Below are positions 63,866 to 64,000 of a stretch of 64,000 nt of DNA, piece after piece. Within the stretch, counting starts at the first letter, position 1. The number at the start of each line of letters is the position of its first letter. The position numbers were made by a program, and so were the translations under genes. The stretch covers positions 65,970,001-66,034,000 of the forward strand of contig NW_024704742.1 of assembly GCF_018977255.1 (NCBI RefSeq), given 5' to 3'. The notes beneath the pieces were generated by a model that was given only the letters and a program-made list of their open reading frames with translations, did not search any database and was not told the origin of the DNA. This DNA comes from Callorhinchus milii (Eukaryota).

Positions 63866-63969
63866 ATCTCCATTTGCAAACAACAAAAAGCACAATATCT
63901 CCGCCGCTTTCCCCCTCATCTCCCTCCCCCCGCAGACCTGGGGCTGAAATTCTGCTGCCAAAACTCTTC
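63866..63969 (-). other. Candidate 104-nt exon
   Basis: tttctttccttacaatatctctttcaaatag|GAAGAG...CAAATGGAGAT|gtgagt; CpG-containing unique sequence. Confidence 0.4.
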
Positions 63970-64000
63970 CTATTTGAAAGAGATATTGTAAGGAAAGAAA

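Overview
Repeat-rich, essentially non-coding vertebrate genomic DNA. The repeat content (Deu-domain SINEs, a tRNA-Ala-headed SINE, CR1 LINEs with (TTCTTATG)n tails, L2 LINE 3' ends) most resembles a cartilaginous fish, probably a chimaera; this is inference from recalled repeat families. A large part of the window is SINE/LINE copies and simple repeats. The only convincing protein-coding sequence is a decayed CR1 reverse transcriptase at 42.3-43.5 kb. Nearly all other ORFs in the track come from low-complexity DNA or repeats. The unique islands hold several well-formed minus-strand splice signals (63969-63866, 62251-62218, 32441-32361, 11558-11514, a 12-nt microexon at 8052-8041). These suggest the window is the 5' part of a large, unidentified minus-strand gene with alternative first exons, but this is unproven. 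Other features of interest are a 21-bp hairpin fully paired only on the minus strand, a diverged ~190-bp inverted pair, a templated insertion into a SINE, a locally duplicated SINE/L2 junction, a CpG-dense (GCTC)n minisatellite, a canonical CTCF motif and an unclassified ~700-bp repeat. I found no CRISPR array, rRNA, true tRNA gene or prokaryote-type system, and I do not claim a new biological system. Repeat coordinates were read by eye and are approximate.
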